Assembly (NCBI GenBank): GCA_024639125.1 | Contig: JAHEJA010000015.1 | Span: forward strand, 33,033 to 97,032 | Source of the DNA: Paracoccaceae bacterium | GTDB taxonomy: Bacteria; Pseudomonadota; Alphaproteobacteria; Rhodobacterales; Rhodobacteraceae | Reading direction: 5' to 3' | Length of the DNA stretch: 64,000 nt | In this document: piece after piece, positions 39,652-49,588 of the stretch | Layout: each line of letters begins with the position of its first letter | How positions within the stretch are numbered: the stretch's first letter is position 1 | Program-made: the position numbers and the translations under genes | The notes under the pieces: generated by a model | What the model saw: the letters and a program-made list of their open reading frames with translations, nothing else | Told to the model about the DNA's origin: nothing | The model's database searches: none

Positions 39652-40626
39652 CTATCCTGTGGGCTGATCATCTTCGATATAATAACGAATATTTTCCACA
39701 AAGCTTGTATCAGCGGACATGCCCAGTTTCAGCGCTTTGGTCGGTTCAAAATCTGATCGCCAACCGCCAACGATCTTTTGCACGTCTGGCTGCGCATTCC
39801 ATGTAATCAACTCTTCCGCCTCTGGCCCCACAACGGACGTCATGGCATCGATCATTTCGCGGATTGTTGTCTTTCGTCCTGGCATCATCATGCACCGACT
39901 GGATCCAAAATCTTGGCCTGGAATTTCAGCGCCAAGAATTAGATTTTCGACGCATTTTCTAGGTGACAAATAGTAATGCGCAAAGTCTTTGGAGACGGGG
40001 CAGTTTGCGGGTTGGCCATTCAAGGGTTCCCGCAGGATTGACGACATAAAGCTAGATGCCGCGCGATTGGGCGCGCCGGGCCGAACAGAAATTGTCGGCA
40101 ATCGGAACCCACGCCCATCAATAAATCCTTTGCGGCTATAATCATTCACCAACAATTCACCGATTGCTTTTTGTGTCCCATAAGAAGACTGCGGCATCAA
40201 TGCCGTGTGATCCAAAATTGGATCTGGCACTTCACCGCCAAAAACCGCAATCGAGGATGTGAAAACAACCGTGGGACAGGTATTCAAACTGCGCGCGCGC
40301 TCAAGAACGTTTAACGTGCCCATCATATTGATTGACATGCCCGCAAAGAAATCGTCTTCGGCATGAGCAGACACTATGGCAGCCAACAGATAGATCACAT
40401 CCACCTCTGACCCTATGGTATCGGCAACTGACTGCGGATCAGCGATGTCACATGTGACTGTTTTGATATCGAAATTGGCCGGAATGGACGCTGGCATGTG
40501 TATATCAGCCAATGTAAGCGACTCGATCTTCTGCCCGCGAAGCTGACCACGTGCCACCAAAGAGCGCGCCAGTTTTTGGCCGATAAAACCACCGCCACCA
40601 ATGATCAAGATATTCATACGTTTCAT
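39652..40626 (-). CDS. NAD-dependent epimerase/dehydratase family protein (DenD-like sugar-acid dehydrogenase candidate)
   Basis: ILIIGGGGFIGQKL Rossmann motif and a YxxxK region (SSYGTQKAIGE). Last gene of a minus-strand sugar-acid operon. Function is inferred only. Confidence 0.65.
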   Translation of the reverse strand: MKRMNILIIGGGGFIGQKLARSLVARGQLRGQKIESLTLADIHMPASIPANFDIKTVTCDIADPQSVADTIGSEVDVIYLLAAIVSAHAEDDFFAGMSINMMGTLNVLERARSLNTCPTVVFTSSIAVFGGEVPDPILDHTALMPQSSYGTQKAIGELLVNDYSRKGFIDGRGFRLPTISVRPGAPNRAASSFMSSILREPLNGQPANCPVSKDFAHYYLSPRKCVENLILGAEIPGQDFGSSRCMMMPGRKTTIREMIDAMTSVVGPEAEELITWNAQPDVQKIVGGWRSDFEPTKALKLGMSADTSFVENIRYYIEDDQPTG

Positions 40627-41531
40627 CCTTTAAATAGTGACGGCACCAAGGCACCGCGATGTTGAATGACGGTCGATGCCAATTTCATGGCGCTCATCGC
40701 AGCATCATCTGCATTTTGGCCCAGCGCAAGCGCACTTAGAAATGCCGCGGCAAAGCTATCCCCTGCGGCAGTGGTGTCAACGATTGTATCAATAGGAACA
40801 GGCTGACAGGTTCGTATCCCCGTTTTATCCCAAAGCCAAAGCGCGTCTCCTCCGTTTTTCACGGCAACCAGTTCGGCACCGGCGGATTGATAACGGGCAA
40901 TCGTGTCAGTTGGCGATTTGTCTCCGAACAATTCCGCATCTTCGTCAAAAGACGGCAAAACAACCTGCGCAGTTTGCGCCGCAAAAGAAATCCAATCTCG
41001 CATTTCATCATGGCTGTCCCAAAGATTTGGGCGCAAGTTGGTGTCAAAGGCTATCATAGCGCCGTCCGCTTTGGCCTGCTCTAACGCCGCACATAGCGCT
41101 TCGCGTCCACGGGGGGATAAGATAGCCAAAGTAATGCCCGAGAAATGTATCACAGCGCGATCTTTGCACATTTGGGCAAGCCAATCGGCATCATCCGCTA
41201 ACAAACGCGCAGCCGACTGTGATCGCCAATATGAAAACCGACGTTCCCCTTGATCCAACGTTATCATATAAAGCCCAACCGACCGTTTTGGCACGATGCG
41301 CAGCCAGTCAGTCGCAATACCACTGTCGCGAACAAAGGCAGCCATGTCTTGAGATGCAAGGTCATCGCCAATGCAGCTGCCAAAACTGACATCCCATGCC
41401 TTTGGCAATAGTTTGCGTGCATACCAAGCAGTATTAAACGTATCCCCAGCAAAGCCGCGTTTATAGCTGTTTTGCCCCATATCAGCCAATTCGATCATAC
41501 ATTCACCGACGGCCAAGAACGATGGCGTCAT
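40623..41531 (-). CDS. kdgK: 2-dehydro-3-deoxygluconokinase-like PfkB sugar-acid kinase
   Basis: PfkB family, ribokinase fold, C-terminal DTTAAGDSFAAAF anion-hole motif. ATGA overlap with neighbours. Confidence 0.8.
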   Translation of the reverse strand: MTPSFLAVGECMIELADMGQNSYKRGFAGDTFNTAWYARKLLPKAWDVSFGSCIGDDLASQDMAAFVRDSGIATDWLRIVPKRSVGLYMITLDQGERRFSYWRSQSAARLLADDADWLAQMCKDRAVIHFSGITLAILSPRGREALCAALEQAKADGAMIAFDTNLRPNLWDSHDEMRDWISFAAQTAQVVLPSFDEDAELFGDKSPTDTIARYQSAGAELVAVKNGGDALWLWDKTGIRTCQPVPIDTIVDTTAAGDSFAAAFLSALALGQNADDAAMSAMKLASTVIQHRGALVPSLFKG

Positions 41532-42376
41532 AAAATCACCTGATGTTCGTTTTGACCTTTGATATCTAATGCCACAAAGAGGGTTTGCCCGTCTTCGACC
41601 GCTGGATCATCAAGATGTTGACGCGCAGATGTCATAAACAGCGTTTTGCAATCAGCCCCCCCGAAAGCAGGACAGGTCATTTGCTGAGCCGGCGTTTGTA
41701 TCACGGATAACGCACGCCCGTCTGGGGAAAATTGCGTGATTTTCGCATGACCATAATGCGCAATCCATAGGTTCCCTTGGGCATCCACAACGGCACCATC
41801 AGGACAAAAGGTACGACCAGAAAGATCCAAGAAAACCTCTGGAGGTCCATCCGGCCACCCCTCTTGATCAAGTCGCTGCCGCATAATCTGACCCTTGGGT
41901 GTATCCGTGAAATAGGCAAGCGTTCCACAAGGCGCAAAACACGTAGAGTTAGGAATGGTAAGCGGTTGGTAAAGCTGACGCAATTCGCCCTTGTAATACC
42001 GATAGATCGCCCCCGCATCCGGTTCTAGATCAATACCCATCGTGCCGATCCAAAACCCCCCAAAGGGATCCGCGCGACCATCATTCGGACGCGTGATTGG
42101 ATTATCGGCTTCTAGCGAAACCACGTGTTCAGACGTGCCAGATGTTAGGTTAAATCGAACCAATGCGCCTTTTTGGGCAACGAGCAAATGATCCTGATCA
42201 ACCCATCCTGCCGCAGACACAAAAGTATCAAACTGCCAGTGCTGTGTTGTCTGACCTGAACGCTCGTATAGTCGATGTCCATTAATATCAAACCAGAACA
42301 ATGACTGGCGTTTTGGATGCCAAAGCGGTCCTTCACCAAGTGAGCATTCCGTTTGATCAAACGCGATAGGTGTCAT
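41528..42376 (-). CDS. SMP-30/gluconolactonase/LRE-like aldonolactonase
   Basis: ECSLGEGPLW and beta-propeller repeats. The start is at MTPIAFDQ (42376), overlapping the FAH stop (ATGA). Confidence 0.8.
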   Translation of the reverse strand: MTPIAFDQTECSLGEGPLWHPKRQSLFWFDINGHRLYERSGQTTQHWQFDTFVSAAGWVDQDHLLVAQKGALVRFNLTSGTSEHVVSLEADNPITRPNDGRADPFGGFWIGTMGIDLEPDAGAIYRYYKGELRQLYQPLTIPNSTCFAPCGTLAYFTDTPKGQIMRQRLDQEGWPDGPPEVFLDLSGRTFCPDGAVVDAQGNLWIAHYGHAKITQFSPDGRALSVIQTPAQQMTCPAFGGADCKTLFMTSARQHLDDPAVEDGQTLFVALDIKGQNEHQVIL

Positions 42377-43524
42377 GTCAATAATCCCCGCAGAGCCAAA
42401 TTCCGCATCAATCCCCCCACACCAAATGTCCAAGGCGCGCAATCCGTAGATAGCTTTACCGTATTCGCAAGATATCCCAAAGCTTGTTCTGAAATTTGTA
42501 CGCGGTCACCGATATGATGCGTGAACCCTTGGTTTTCGCCATCCCTGTCTTTGACTGGGGCAAACATAGTACCCAAGAACAACATGAACCCATCTGGATA
42601 TTGGTGATGTGCGCCGATTGTCTGCTGGACTAACTCGGTTGGATCTCGGCTGATTTGAGACATCGAAGAATGGCCCTCTAGGGTGAACCCGTCTTGACCT
42701 ACCACGTCCAAGCGCAACTCGGCGGTTCGAATGCTGTCCAAGGTAAAGTTTTGATCGAACAGCCGCACAAACGGACCAATCGCACAGGAGGCATTGTTGT
42801 CTTTGGCCTTTCCAAGCAACAAGGCAGAGCGCCCTTCGACATCGCGCAGGTTCACATCATTGCCAAGGCTCGCACCTTGGATTTTGCCTTTGGAATTGAC
42901 CGCTAGAACAATTTCCGGCTCTGGATTGTTCCATTTTGAAATGGGATGCAACCCGACTTCGGCGCCCCAACCGACCGCAGCCATCGGGGGACATTTGGTA
43001 AAGATTTCCGCATCAGGTCCAATCCCGACCTCAAGGTACTGAGACCACAGCCCTTCTTTTACCAAAAGCTCTTTGACCTGCATCGCCTTGGGGGATCCAG
43101 GTTTGATACCGCTTAGGCTATCCCCGATAACAGAGGTCACTTTGGTACGGATATCTTGCGCCAGGGCACCTTTGCCTCCGGCACGTTCTTCGATGACACG
43201 TTCGACCATGCTTTGTGCAAATGTGACGCCTGATGCTTTGATCGCCTGAAGATCACAAGGCGCAAGCAATCGCAGCGCATTTGCATCCCGCGCACCCCAT
43301 GACGCCGTTAACAGATCATTCAACGTGCAAACAGTTTCCCCAACGTGACCGGCAATGTCATCAATGGGCGCATCTTGCTCTAATACATCTGACACCGTTG
43401 GAACATCACGGGATGTAATATCCACAACTTGCTCGTCCCGTATAACCACCACACATGGCCCCACATCGGGTCGCCAAATACGCCCAACATAGGTTCCTGT
43501 TTGATCCAATGCCAATGGCGTCAT
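42373..43524 (-). CDS. Fumarylacetoacetate-hydrolase-family protein, XylX-like (2-keto-3-deoxy-pentonate dehydratase candidate)
   Basis: ~383 aa FAH fold of the long XylX/KdaD type. The start is set at MTPLALDQTG (43524), preceded by GGGAAGGGAAC. Confidence 0.7.
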   Translation of the reverse strand: MTPLALDQTGTYVGRIWRPDVGPCVVVIRDEQVVDITSRDVPTVSDVLEQDAPIDDIAGHVGETVCTLNDLLTASWGARDANALRLLAPCDLQAIKASGVTFAQSMVERVIEERAGGKGALAQDIRTKVTSVIGDSLSGIKPGSPKAMQVKELLVKEGLWSQYLEVGIGPDAEIFTKCPPMAAVGWGAEVGLHPISKWNNPEPEIVLAVNSKGKIQGASLGNDVNLRDVEGRSALLLGKAKDNNASCAIGPFVRLFDQNFTLDSIRTAELRLDVVGQDGFTLEGHSSMSQISRDPTELVQQTIGAHHQYPDGFMLFLGTMFAPVKDRDGENQGFTHHIGDRVQISEQALGYLANTVKLSTDCAPWTFGVGGLMRNLALRGLLT

Positions 43525-43598
43525 TTTGTTCCCTTCCCCAATGCTCGTGTCGCTTGGTTTTTCCCGTTTGATGACGTGGGACTTGCACACAAGCAAAA

Positions 43599-43611
43599 AT
43601 GGTATACCAAT
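43599..43611. promoter_or_regulatory. UxuR/ExuR-type GntR operator aTGGTATACCAAt in divergent FAH/SDR promoter region
   Basis: 11/12 match to the TTGGTATACCAA palindrome, with a perfect 10-bp TGGTATACCA core. Confidence 0.55.
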
Positions 43612-43670
43612 TATTCAGTCAGCTTTAGCAAAGTTTGTCAACAAGTCACGGTGCATAGGATGGGACGGAA

Positions 43671-44432
43671 TTGAAACTCTTTGATCTATCAAATCAAACG
43701 GCTTTGATAACAGGGTCATCTATGGGAATTGGCTATGCCCTTGCCCAAGGATTGTCCGAAGCCGGAGCCAAAGTGATTTTGAATGCCAGAGACACATCGC
43801 GGCTAAACACGGCCGCGCAGCGACTAAGCGATACTGGTGCGCGCGTGGATACACTGCCTTTTGATGTGACAGACGCTTTGGCGGTGCAAACTGCGATTAA
43901 TGCATACGAAGCAAATAATGGTCCGATAACGCTTTTGATCAATAACGCCGGCATGCAACATCGCGCACCGCTCGAAGACTTTCCGATTGACGCCTTTGAC
44001 ACATTGATGCGCACCAACGTGAACTCGGCGTTTTACGTCGGGCAAACCGTCGCCAAACATATGATCCGCCGCAAGGGTGGTAAAATCGTCAACATTGCCA
44101 GCGTCCAAAGCGCGCTCGCGCGGCCGGGAATTGCCCCCTATACGGCTACCAAAGGTGCCATTGCCAATCTTACAAAAGGTATGGCCACAGATTGGGCAAA
44201 GTATGGCTTGAACTGTAATGCCATTGCGCCAGGATATTTTGATACCCCATTAAATGCGGCTTTGGTTCAAGACCCTGCATTTTCTGAATGGTTGGAAAAA
44301 AGGACACCCGCAGGGCGTTGGGGCAAAGTCGAAGAATTGGTCGGCGCTTGCGTGTTCTTGTGCTCCGATGGCGCTAGCTTCGTGAACGGACAAACACTCT
44401 ATGTCGATGGCGGGATAACGGCCAGCTTATAA
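43671..44432 (+). CDS. SDR-family oxidoreductase (KduD/gluconate-5-dehydrogenase-like)
   Basis: ALITGSSMGIGYALA...YTATKGAI with Tyr-x3-Lys. Confidence 0.85.
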   Translation: MKLFDLSNQTALITGSSMGIGYALAQGLSEAGAKVILNARDTSRLNTAAQRLSDTGARVDTLPFDVTDALAVQTAINAYEANNGPITLLINNAGMQHRAPLEDFPIDAFDTLMRTNVNSAFYVGQTVAKHMIRRKGGKIVNIASVQSALARPGIAPYTATKGAIANLTKGMATDWAKYGLNCNAIAPGYFDTPLNAALVQDPAFSEWLEKRTPAGRWGKVEELVGACVFLCSDGASFVNGQTLYVDGGITASL

Positions 44433-44456
44433 CATACTCCAGATGAAAGAAATCTT

Positions 44457-45380
44457 ATGACACAAAAGCAAAAAATCGGTTTTATTGGCGTTGGTTACAT
44501 GGGCCATGGAATGGCTAAAAATATCCTAAAAGGTGGATATGACGTTTGGGTCAAAGGCAATAACAACAGAACACCGATTGAAAGTCTGGTGTCCTTGGGC
44601 GCCCACGAAGCAAAGTCTTTGCAAGACATGGCGCAAACCTGTGACATTATTCATCTATGCCTGTCGAATTCCCCCCAAGTCGAAGCCGTGATCCGTGGGC
44701 CCGAGGGGTTGCTTGCAAATGCACGAAAAGGATTGATCGTCATTGATACCAGCACCTCAGATCCAACATCCACCTGCGCACTTGCAAAGGACATGGCAGA
44801 TTGTGGTGTACACATGGTTGATGCCCCGTTGGGACGCACTCCGAAAGAAGCCGAAGCGGGAACGTTAGACGCGATGGTCGGTGCAGATCCCGACATATTT
44901 GCGGTCGTGAAACCGGTGATCGAATGCTGGGCTGGCACGATTAACCATATTGGCGATGTCGGCTCAGGTCACAAAATGAAACTGCTTATGAACTTTCTTG
45001 CTGCAAGCTATGCGTCACTTTACGCAGAAACGGCCGTCTTGGGGGCCAAGGTCGGCATTTCACCTCAAACGTTCCGGAATGTGATCGGACCAAGTCGATT
45101 GGGCAACGGGTTCTTTGATACTTTTATGCAATATGTCTGTGATCGCGATGAAAATGCGCATAAATTTTCCATTGCGAATATGTCCAAAGACATTCGCTAT
45201 GTAAATGCGATGGCGACAGATGCCGGTGTTATGAATGTCATGGCATCCGCTGCGCGCCATTACTTTGCCCATGCCGAAGCCATCGGATCGGCTGGTGACT
45301 TTGTGCCGATGTTGTCAGATCATGTCGCTCGATTAAATGGCATTGACCTCGCAGAGGTTGTTGCCAAAGCCTCAAAGTAA
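44457..45380 (+). CDS. NAD(P)-dependent beta-hydroxyacid dehydrogenase (HIBADH/tartronate-semialdehyde-reductase family)
   Basis: IGFIGVGYMGHGMAKN Rossmann motif and the catalytic Lys region (GSGHKMKLLMN). Confidence 0.85.
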   Translation: MTQKQKIGFIGVGYMGHGMAKNILKGGYDVWVKGNNNRTPIESLVSLGAHEAKSLQDMAQTCDIIHLCLSNSPQVEAVIRGPEGLLANARKGLIVIDTSTSDPTSTCALAKDMADCGVHMVDAPLGRTPKEAEAGTLDAMVGADPDIFAVVKPVIECWAGTINHIGDVGSGHKMKLLMNFLAASYASLYAETAVLGAKVGISPQTFRNVIGPSRLGNGFFDTFMQYVCDRDENAHKFSIANMSKDIRYVNAMATDAGVMNVMASAARHYFAHAEAIGSAGDFVPMLSDHVARLNGIDLAEVVAKASK

Positions 45381-45421
45381 TCAAAACAGATTTGCAAAAG
45401 CATCCCTCTTTGCTCTTGCAT

Positions 45422-45433
45422 TTGGTATACCAT
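45422..45433. promoter_or_regulatory. Second UxuR/ExuR-type operator TTGGTATACCAt upstream of the dehydratase gene
   Basis: Same 10-bp TGGTATACCA core as at 43600, ~45 bp upstream of the GTG start. Confidence 0.55.
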
Positions 45434-45477
45434 TTCATAAAACTGTTCCAAAATTCAGTTTCAACAGGAGCTTTCTC

Positions 45478-47259
45478 GTGTCCGACACCAAAGCAAATAA
45501 ACAATTCAGATCCCAAGAATGGTTCGATAATCCAAACAATCCGGGCATGACCGCGCTTTATGTTGAGCGGTACCAGAACCAAGAATATTCCCGCGAAGAA
45601 CTTCAGAGTGGACGGCCTATCATTGGCATCGCACAAACCGGAAGCGACCTTGCACCGTGCAACAAGATTCATGTCTTCTTGATGGATCGCATCAAAGCAG
45701 GGATCCGCGAAGCAGGCGGTATTCCCATGGAATTTCCGGTACATCCAATTCAAGAAACCGGCAAACGCCCGACTGCTGCGCTGGATCGCAACCTTCAGTA
45801 TCTGTCGCTCGTCGAAGTTTTGCACGGTTACCCAATTGATGGTGTCGTCTTAACCACTGGATGCGACAAGACAACGCCAGCCATGTTAATGGGTGCGGCG
45901 ACTGTCGACCTTCCTGCGATTGCCCTGAATGGCGGGCCAATGCTGGACGGGTGGTGGAATGGCAAACGTGCTGGAAGCGGAGCCATTGTTTGGGAAAGCC
46001 GTCGGCTTTTGGCTGCTGGTGAAATCGACTATGATGAATTCATGGACCGCGTTTGTTCATCCGCCCCGTCTTTGGGGCATTGCAACACGATGGGCACGGC
46101 CAGCACCATGAACGCAATGGCCGAAGCATTGGGAATGACGCTTACAGGAAATTCGGCTATTCCCGCCCCCTTTCGGGAACGCATGACGATGGCATTTGAG
46201 ACGGGCAAACGCATTGTGAAAATGGTTTACGAAGACTTGAAACCGTCACAAATCATGACACGGGACGCATTTGAAAACGCGATTGTTGTGAATGCGGCGA
46301 TCGGCGGGTCCACCAATGCTCCGCCGCATTTGCAAGCCATCGCCCGTCATATCGGCGTGGATTTACATGTCACCGATTGGGAAAAATACGGGTTTGATGT
46401 TCCCTTGATGGTGAACATGCAGCCCGCAGGCGAATACCTAGGCGAAAGCTTTTTCCGCGCCGGCGGCGTTCCCGCAGTGATGGGCGAATTGGTGAAGGCC
46501 GGACGCATTCACACAGATGTCATGACAGCCTCGGGCAAACCAATGGGTGAAAACCTGAATGGATGGCAAAGCAAGGATTTGGACGTTGTCACCACCTACG
46601 ATGCACCCTTACGCAAAAACGCAGGGTTCAAAGTGCTATCGGGCAACTTGTTTGACTCTGCTTTGATGAAAACATCGGTAATTTCAAAAGATTTCCAAGA
46701 GCGGTTTCTATCAAAACCCGGAAAAGAAGGCATCTTTGAAGCCCGCGCAATCGTGTTCGAAGGTCCCGAAGATTATCATGATCGCATCAACGACCCCGCG
46801 CTAGATATTGACGAAAATTGTGTCTTGTTCATTCGCGGCGTTGGCTGTGTTGGTTATCCGGGGTCTGCCGAGGTGGTCAATATGCAGCCGCCGGATCACA
46901 TCATTCGCCAAGGCATTGCGCATCTACCAACAGTTGGGGATGGTCGACAATCAGGCACATCCGAAAGCCCGTCGATTTTGAATGCATCGCCCGAATCTGT
47001 TGTTGGCGGCGGTCTTGCCTATTTGAAAACAGGGGACATGGTGCAATTGGATTTGAACATTTCCAAATTGAACGCTTTGGTGGATGATGCCGAATGGCAA
47101 GCCCGCATAGACGCATGGGAAGCCCCCGTTATTGAACATCAAACTCCTTGGCAGGAAATCTATCGCACACATGTTGGTCAACTTGCAGATGGCGGATGTC
47201 TAGAATTGGCAACCGCTTATCAAAAGATTTCCAAAATCATTCCCCGCGACAACCACTAA
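45478..47259 (+). CDS. IlvD/EDD-family aldonate dehydratase (D-xylonate/L-arabinonate dehydratase-like)
   Basis: The N-terminus FRSQEWFDNPNNPGMTALYVERYQ...GRPIIGIAQTGSDLAPCN closely parallels Caulobacter XylD-type pentonate dehydratases, with 2Fe-2S Cys ligands. GTG start at 45478 with AGGAG 7 nt upstream. Confidence 0.85.
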   Translation: MSDTKANKQFRSQEWFDNPNNPGMTALYVERYQNQEYSREELQSGRPIIGIAQTGSDLAPCNKIHVFLMDRIKAGIREAGGIPMEFPVHPIQETGKRPTAALDRNLQYLSLVEVLHGYPIDGVVLTTGCDKTTPAMLMGAATVDLPAIALNGGPMLDGWWNGKRAGSGAIVWESRRLLAAGEIDYDEFMDRVCSSAPSLGHCNTMGTASTMNAMAEALGMTLTGNSAIPAPFRERMTMAFETGKRIVKMVYEDLKPSQIMTRDAFENAIVVNAAIGGSTNAPPHLQAIARHIGVDLHVTDWEKYGFDVPLMVNMQPAGEYLGESFFRAGGVPAVMGELVKAGRIHTDVMTASGKPMGENLNGWQSKDLDVVTTYDAPLRKNAGFKVLSGNLFDSALMKTSVISKDFQERFLSKPGKEGIFEARAIVFEGPEDYHDRINDPALDIDENCVLFIRGVGCVGYPGSAEVVNMQPPDHIIRQGIAHLPTVGDGRQSGTSESPSILNASPESVVGGGLAYLKTGDMVQLDLNISKLNALVDDAEWQARIDAWEAPVIEHQTPWQEIYRTHVGQLADGGCLELATAYQKISKIIPRDNH

Positions 47260-47269
47260 GGACAAAGAT

Positions 47270-48004
47270 ATGCCATCTATCATCATCACAGGTGCCGGAC
47301 GCGGTATTGGTCAGGCCACTGCCAAGCTATTCTTGGATAACGGCTGGCACGTTGGCTTGATCGGTCGCAACCAAGACATATTGGCTGCGACCGCATCGGG
47401 GTACGACCGCGCGCTGGTATTGCCTTGTGATGTGACAGACGAAGCCGCAGTAGACGCCAGTTTTGACAAAGCCATCGAAAACTGGGGCCGTATTGATACG
47501 CTTTTCAATAACGCTGGCGTATCTGTGTTTGGCGCGCGTCCTGACGAAATTTCAGTTGCAGATTGGCGTCGCTGTATCGACATTAATTTAACTGGGTCTT
47601 TCATTTGTGGACGCGCCGCTTTTGCGAGGATGCGCGCGCAGGATCCCCAAGGGGGGCGGATTATCAACAACGGGTCCGTATCCGCCTATGTTCCACGGTG
47701 GGGGTCATCGCCTTATACCGCGTCAAAACATGCGATCACAGGATTGACGCGATCCTTTAGCTTGGATGGTCGCCCGTTTAACATTGCGTGTGGGCAAATC
47801 GACATAGGCAATGCCCTAACAGATATGGCGCAGAAAATGACAACCGGAATGCCCCAAGCAGATGGAAACATGGCCGTAGAAGCCGTCATGGATGTGTCAA
47901 ACGTCGCGACCTCTGTGATGCATATGGCGTCTTTGCCTTTGGATGCCAATGTGCAATTTATGACCGTTATGGCAACAACAATGCCATATATCGGACGCGG
48001 CTAA
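47270..48004 (+). CDS. SDR-family dehydrogenase (2-keto-3-deoxy-sugar-acid 4-dehydrogenase candidate)
   Basis: IITGAGRGIGQATA...YTASKHAI classical SDR. Confidence 0.8.
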   Translation: MPSIIITGAGRGIGQATAKLFLDNGWHVGLIGRNQDILAATASGYDRALVLPCDVTDEAAVDASFDKAIENWGRIDTLFNNAGVSVFGARPDEISVADWRRCIDINLTGSFICGRAAFARMRAQDPQGGRIINNGSVSAYVPRWGSSPYTASKHAITGLTRSFSLDGRPFNIACGQIDIGNALTDMAQKMTTGMPQADGNMAVEAVMDVSNVATSVMHMASLPLDANVQFMTVMATTMPYIGRG

Positions 48005-48018
48005 AGAGACCGATTTCC

Positions 48019-48708
48019 ATGAACTCACAGGCGCTCGTGACTGGTATTGTTGACACGCTTAGGCGTGATATTTTGCGCGGCGTATTGAAACCGGGCACCC
48101 CTGTCAAAGAGCGTGATACCTCGACTGAAATGGGGGTCAGCCGTACGCCAATGCGCGAGGCACTTCGTGTTCTTGCAGAAGAGGGGTTAATCACCCTGCG
48201 GCACGCGCGCAGCCCGATTGTGTCACTTCTTGATCTAAAAACAGTATCCGATCAAACCGAAGTCCTGATCACCTTAGAGCGGCTTTCGGCTAAGTTGGCA
48301 TGTCGCCATGCAAGGGACGCAGAGCTTGAACAAATTCAAACGACAATGGAGCGTATGCAACGCGACTTTGACACCTTCGATACCGTGACATTGTTTGAAT
48401 TGGATATGTCTTTTCACAGTCAGATTGCCGCAGCATCACAAAATGCAAGCCTGACTGAAACGCACAAGCTATATCTACAACGGCTTTGGTATCCGCGATT
48501 TTTAGCAGCAGCAAAGCGTCAAAGCCGCGAACGTGTGTTAACGGATCATGCCGCTATTCTGGCCGCGCTCTTGGAACGAGACGAAGTAGCCGCGCAAAAA
48601 GCCGTGGAACAGCATCTTTTGTATCTAGCCGATGATATTCAAGAACAAGTGAAATTGGTTAATTCTGGGCTAGAAAGCCCGTCTAACACAGAAAAGGACA
48701 CCGAATGA
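48019..48708 (+). CDS. GntR-family (FadR subfamily, FCD domain) transcriptional regulator
   Basis: N-terminal winged HTH (EMGVSRTPMREALRVLAEEGLI) and a C-terminal FCD domain. The start is set at MNSQALV (48019). Confidence 0.8.
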   Translation: MNSQALVTGIVDTLRRDILRGVLKPGTPVKERDTSTEMGVSRTPMREALRVLAEEGLITLRHARSPIVSLLDLKTVSDQTEVLITLERLSAKLACRHARDAELEQIQTTMERMQRDFDTFDTVTLFELDMSFHSQIAAASQNASLTETHKLYLQRLWYPRFLAAAKRQSRERVLTDHAAILAALLERDEVAAQKAVEQHLLYLADDIQEQVKLVNSGLESPSNTEKDTE

Positions 48709-49550
48709 AACTCTTGCGGTTTGGCCCAAAGGGCGCGGAAAAACCTGGCCTCTTGGACCATGATGGTCAAATACGTGACCTGACTGGCATCGTTCAGGAT
48801 ATCGATAGCCAGCTGATATCTTCTGGTGGGCTTGATAAGCTTAGGAAAATAGACCCAAGCACATTGCCTCTGGTTGCCCCCGATGTCCGGATTGGCTGCT
48901 GCTTGGCATCGGTTCCAAACTTTCACTGTGTTGGTTTGAACTATTCAAAACACGCCCAAGAAACAGGCATTCCGATCCCGGCCGAACCAATATTATTTTC
49001 CAAAGCAACGTCGTGTTTATCCGGCCCCAATGACCCAGTGATTATTCCACGGACATCACAGAAAGCCGATTGGGAAGTTGAGTTGGGTATCATAATTGGG
49101 AAAAACGCGCTGTACGTAGACCAAGACACGGCTCTGGATTACGTGGCGGGATATTGCACGATAAACGATGTATCGGAACGCTCTTTCCAAATGGATCGTG
49201 GCGGACAGTGGGTAAAAGGCAAATCCGCGCCGACTTTTGGTCCTGTTGGACCTTGGTTTGTGACTGCAGACGAAGTTCCCGATCCACAGGTGCTTGATCT
49301 GGAATTATCGTTGAATGGTGAAACAGTTCAAAGCTCGAATACGGATGATATGATCTTTTCTGTACGCAAAATCATTTCCTACATGAGCCAATTCATGGAA
49401 CTTTTGCCAGGTGATATCATTGCCACGGGGACACCCTCTGGAGTTGGGCTGGGCATGAAACCACCACGCTTTCTAAGGGAAGGTGATGTCATGGAATTAA
49501 CTGTTCAGGGTCTTGGCACGCAAAAACAAACGGTGACAAACGCATTGTAG
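48705..49550 (+). CDS. Short FAH-family hydrolase (2,4-diketo-3-deoxy-sugar-acid hydrolase-like)
   Basis: 281 aa FAH fold of the same size class as LRA6/FucH-type hydrolases. ATGA overlap with the GntR stop. Confidence 0.8.
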   Translation: MKLLRFGPKGAEKPGLLDHDGQIRDLTGIVQDIDSQLISSGGLDKLRKIDPSTLPLVAPDVRIGCCLASVPNFHCVGLNYSKHAQETGIPIPAEPILFSKATSCLSGPNDPVIIPRTSQKADWEVELGIIIGKNALYVDQDTALDYVAGYCTINDVSERSFQMDRGGQWVKGKSAPTFGPVGPWFVTADEVPDPQVLDLELSLNGETVQSSNTDDMIFSVRKIISYMSQFMELLPGDIIATGTPSGVGLGMKPPRFLREGDVMELTVQGLGTQKQTVTNAL

Positions 49551-49588
49551 CATCACCACATTAGGCTCTGCTCCTTTGGGGACGGAGC

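Noticed and set aside
45238-45825. 195-aa minus-strand ORF spanning the HIBADH-dehydratase junction.
   Set aside because: Antisense to two well-supported genes and to the GntR operator region. No motifs.
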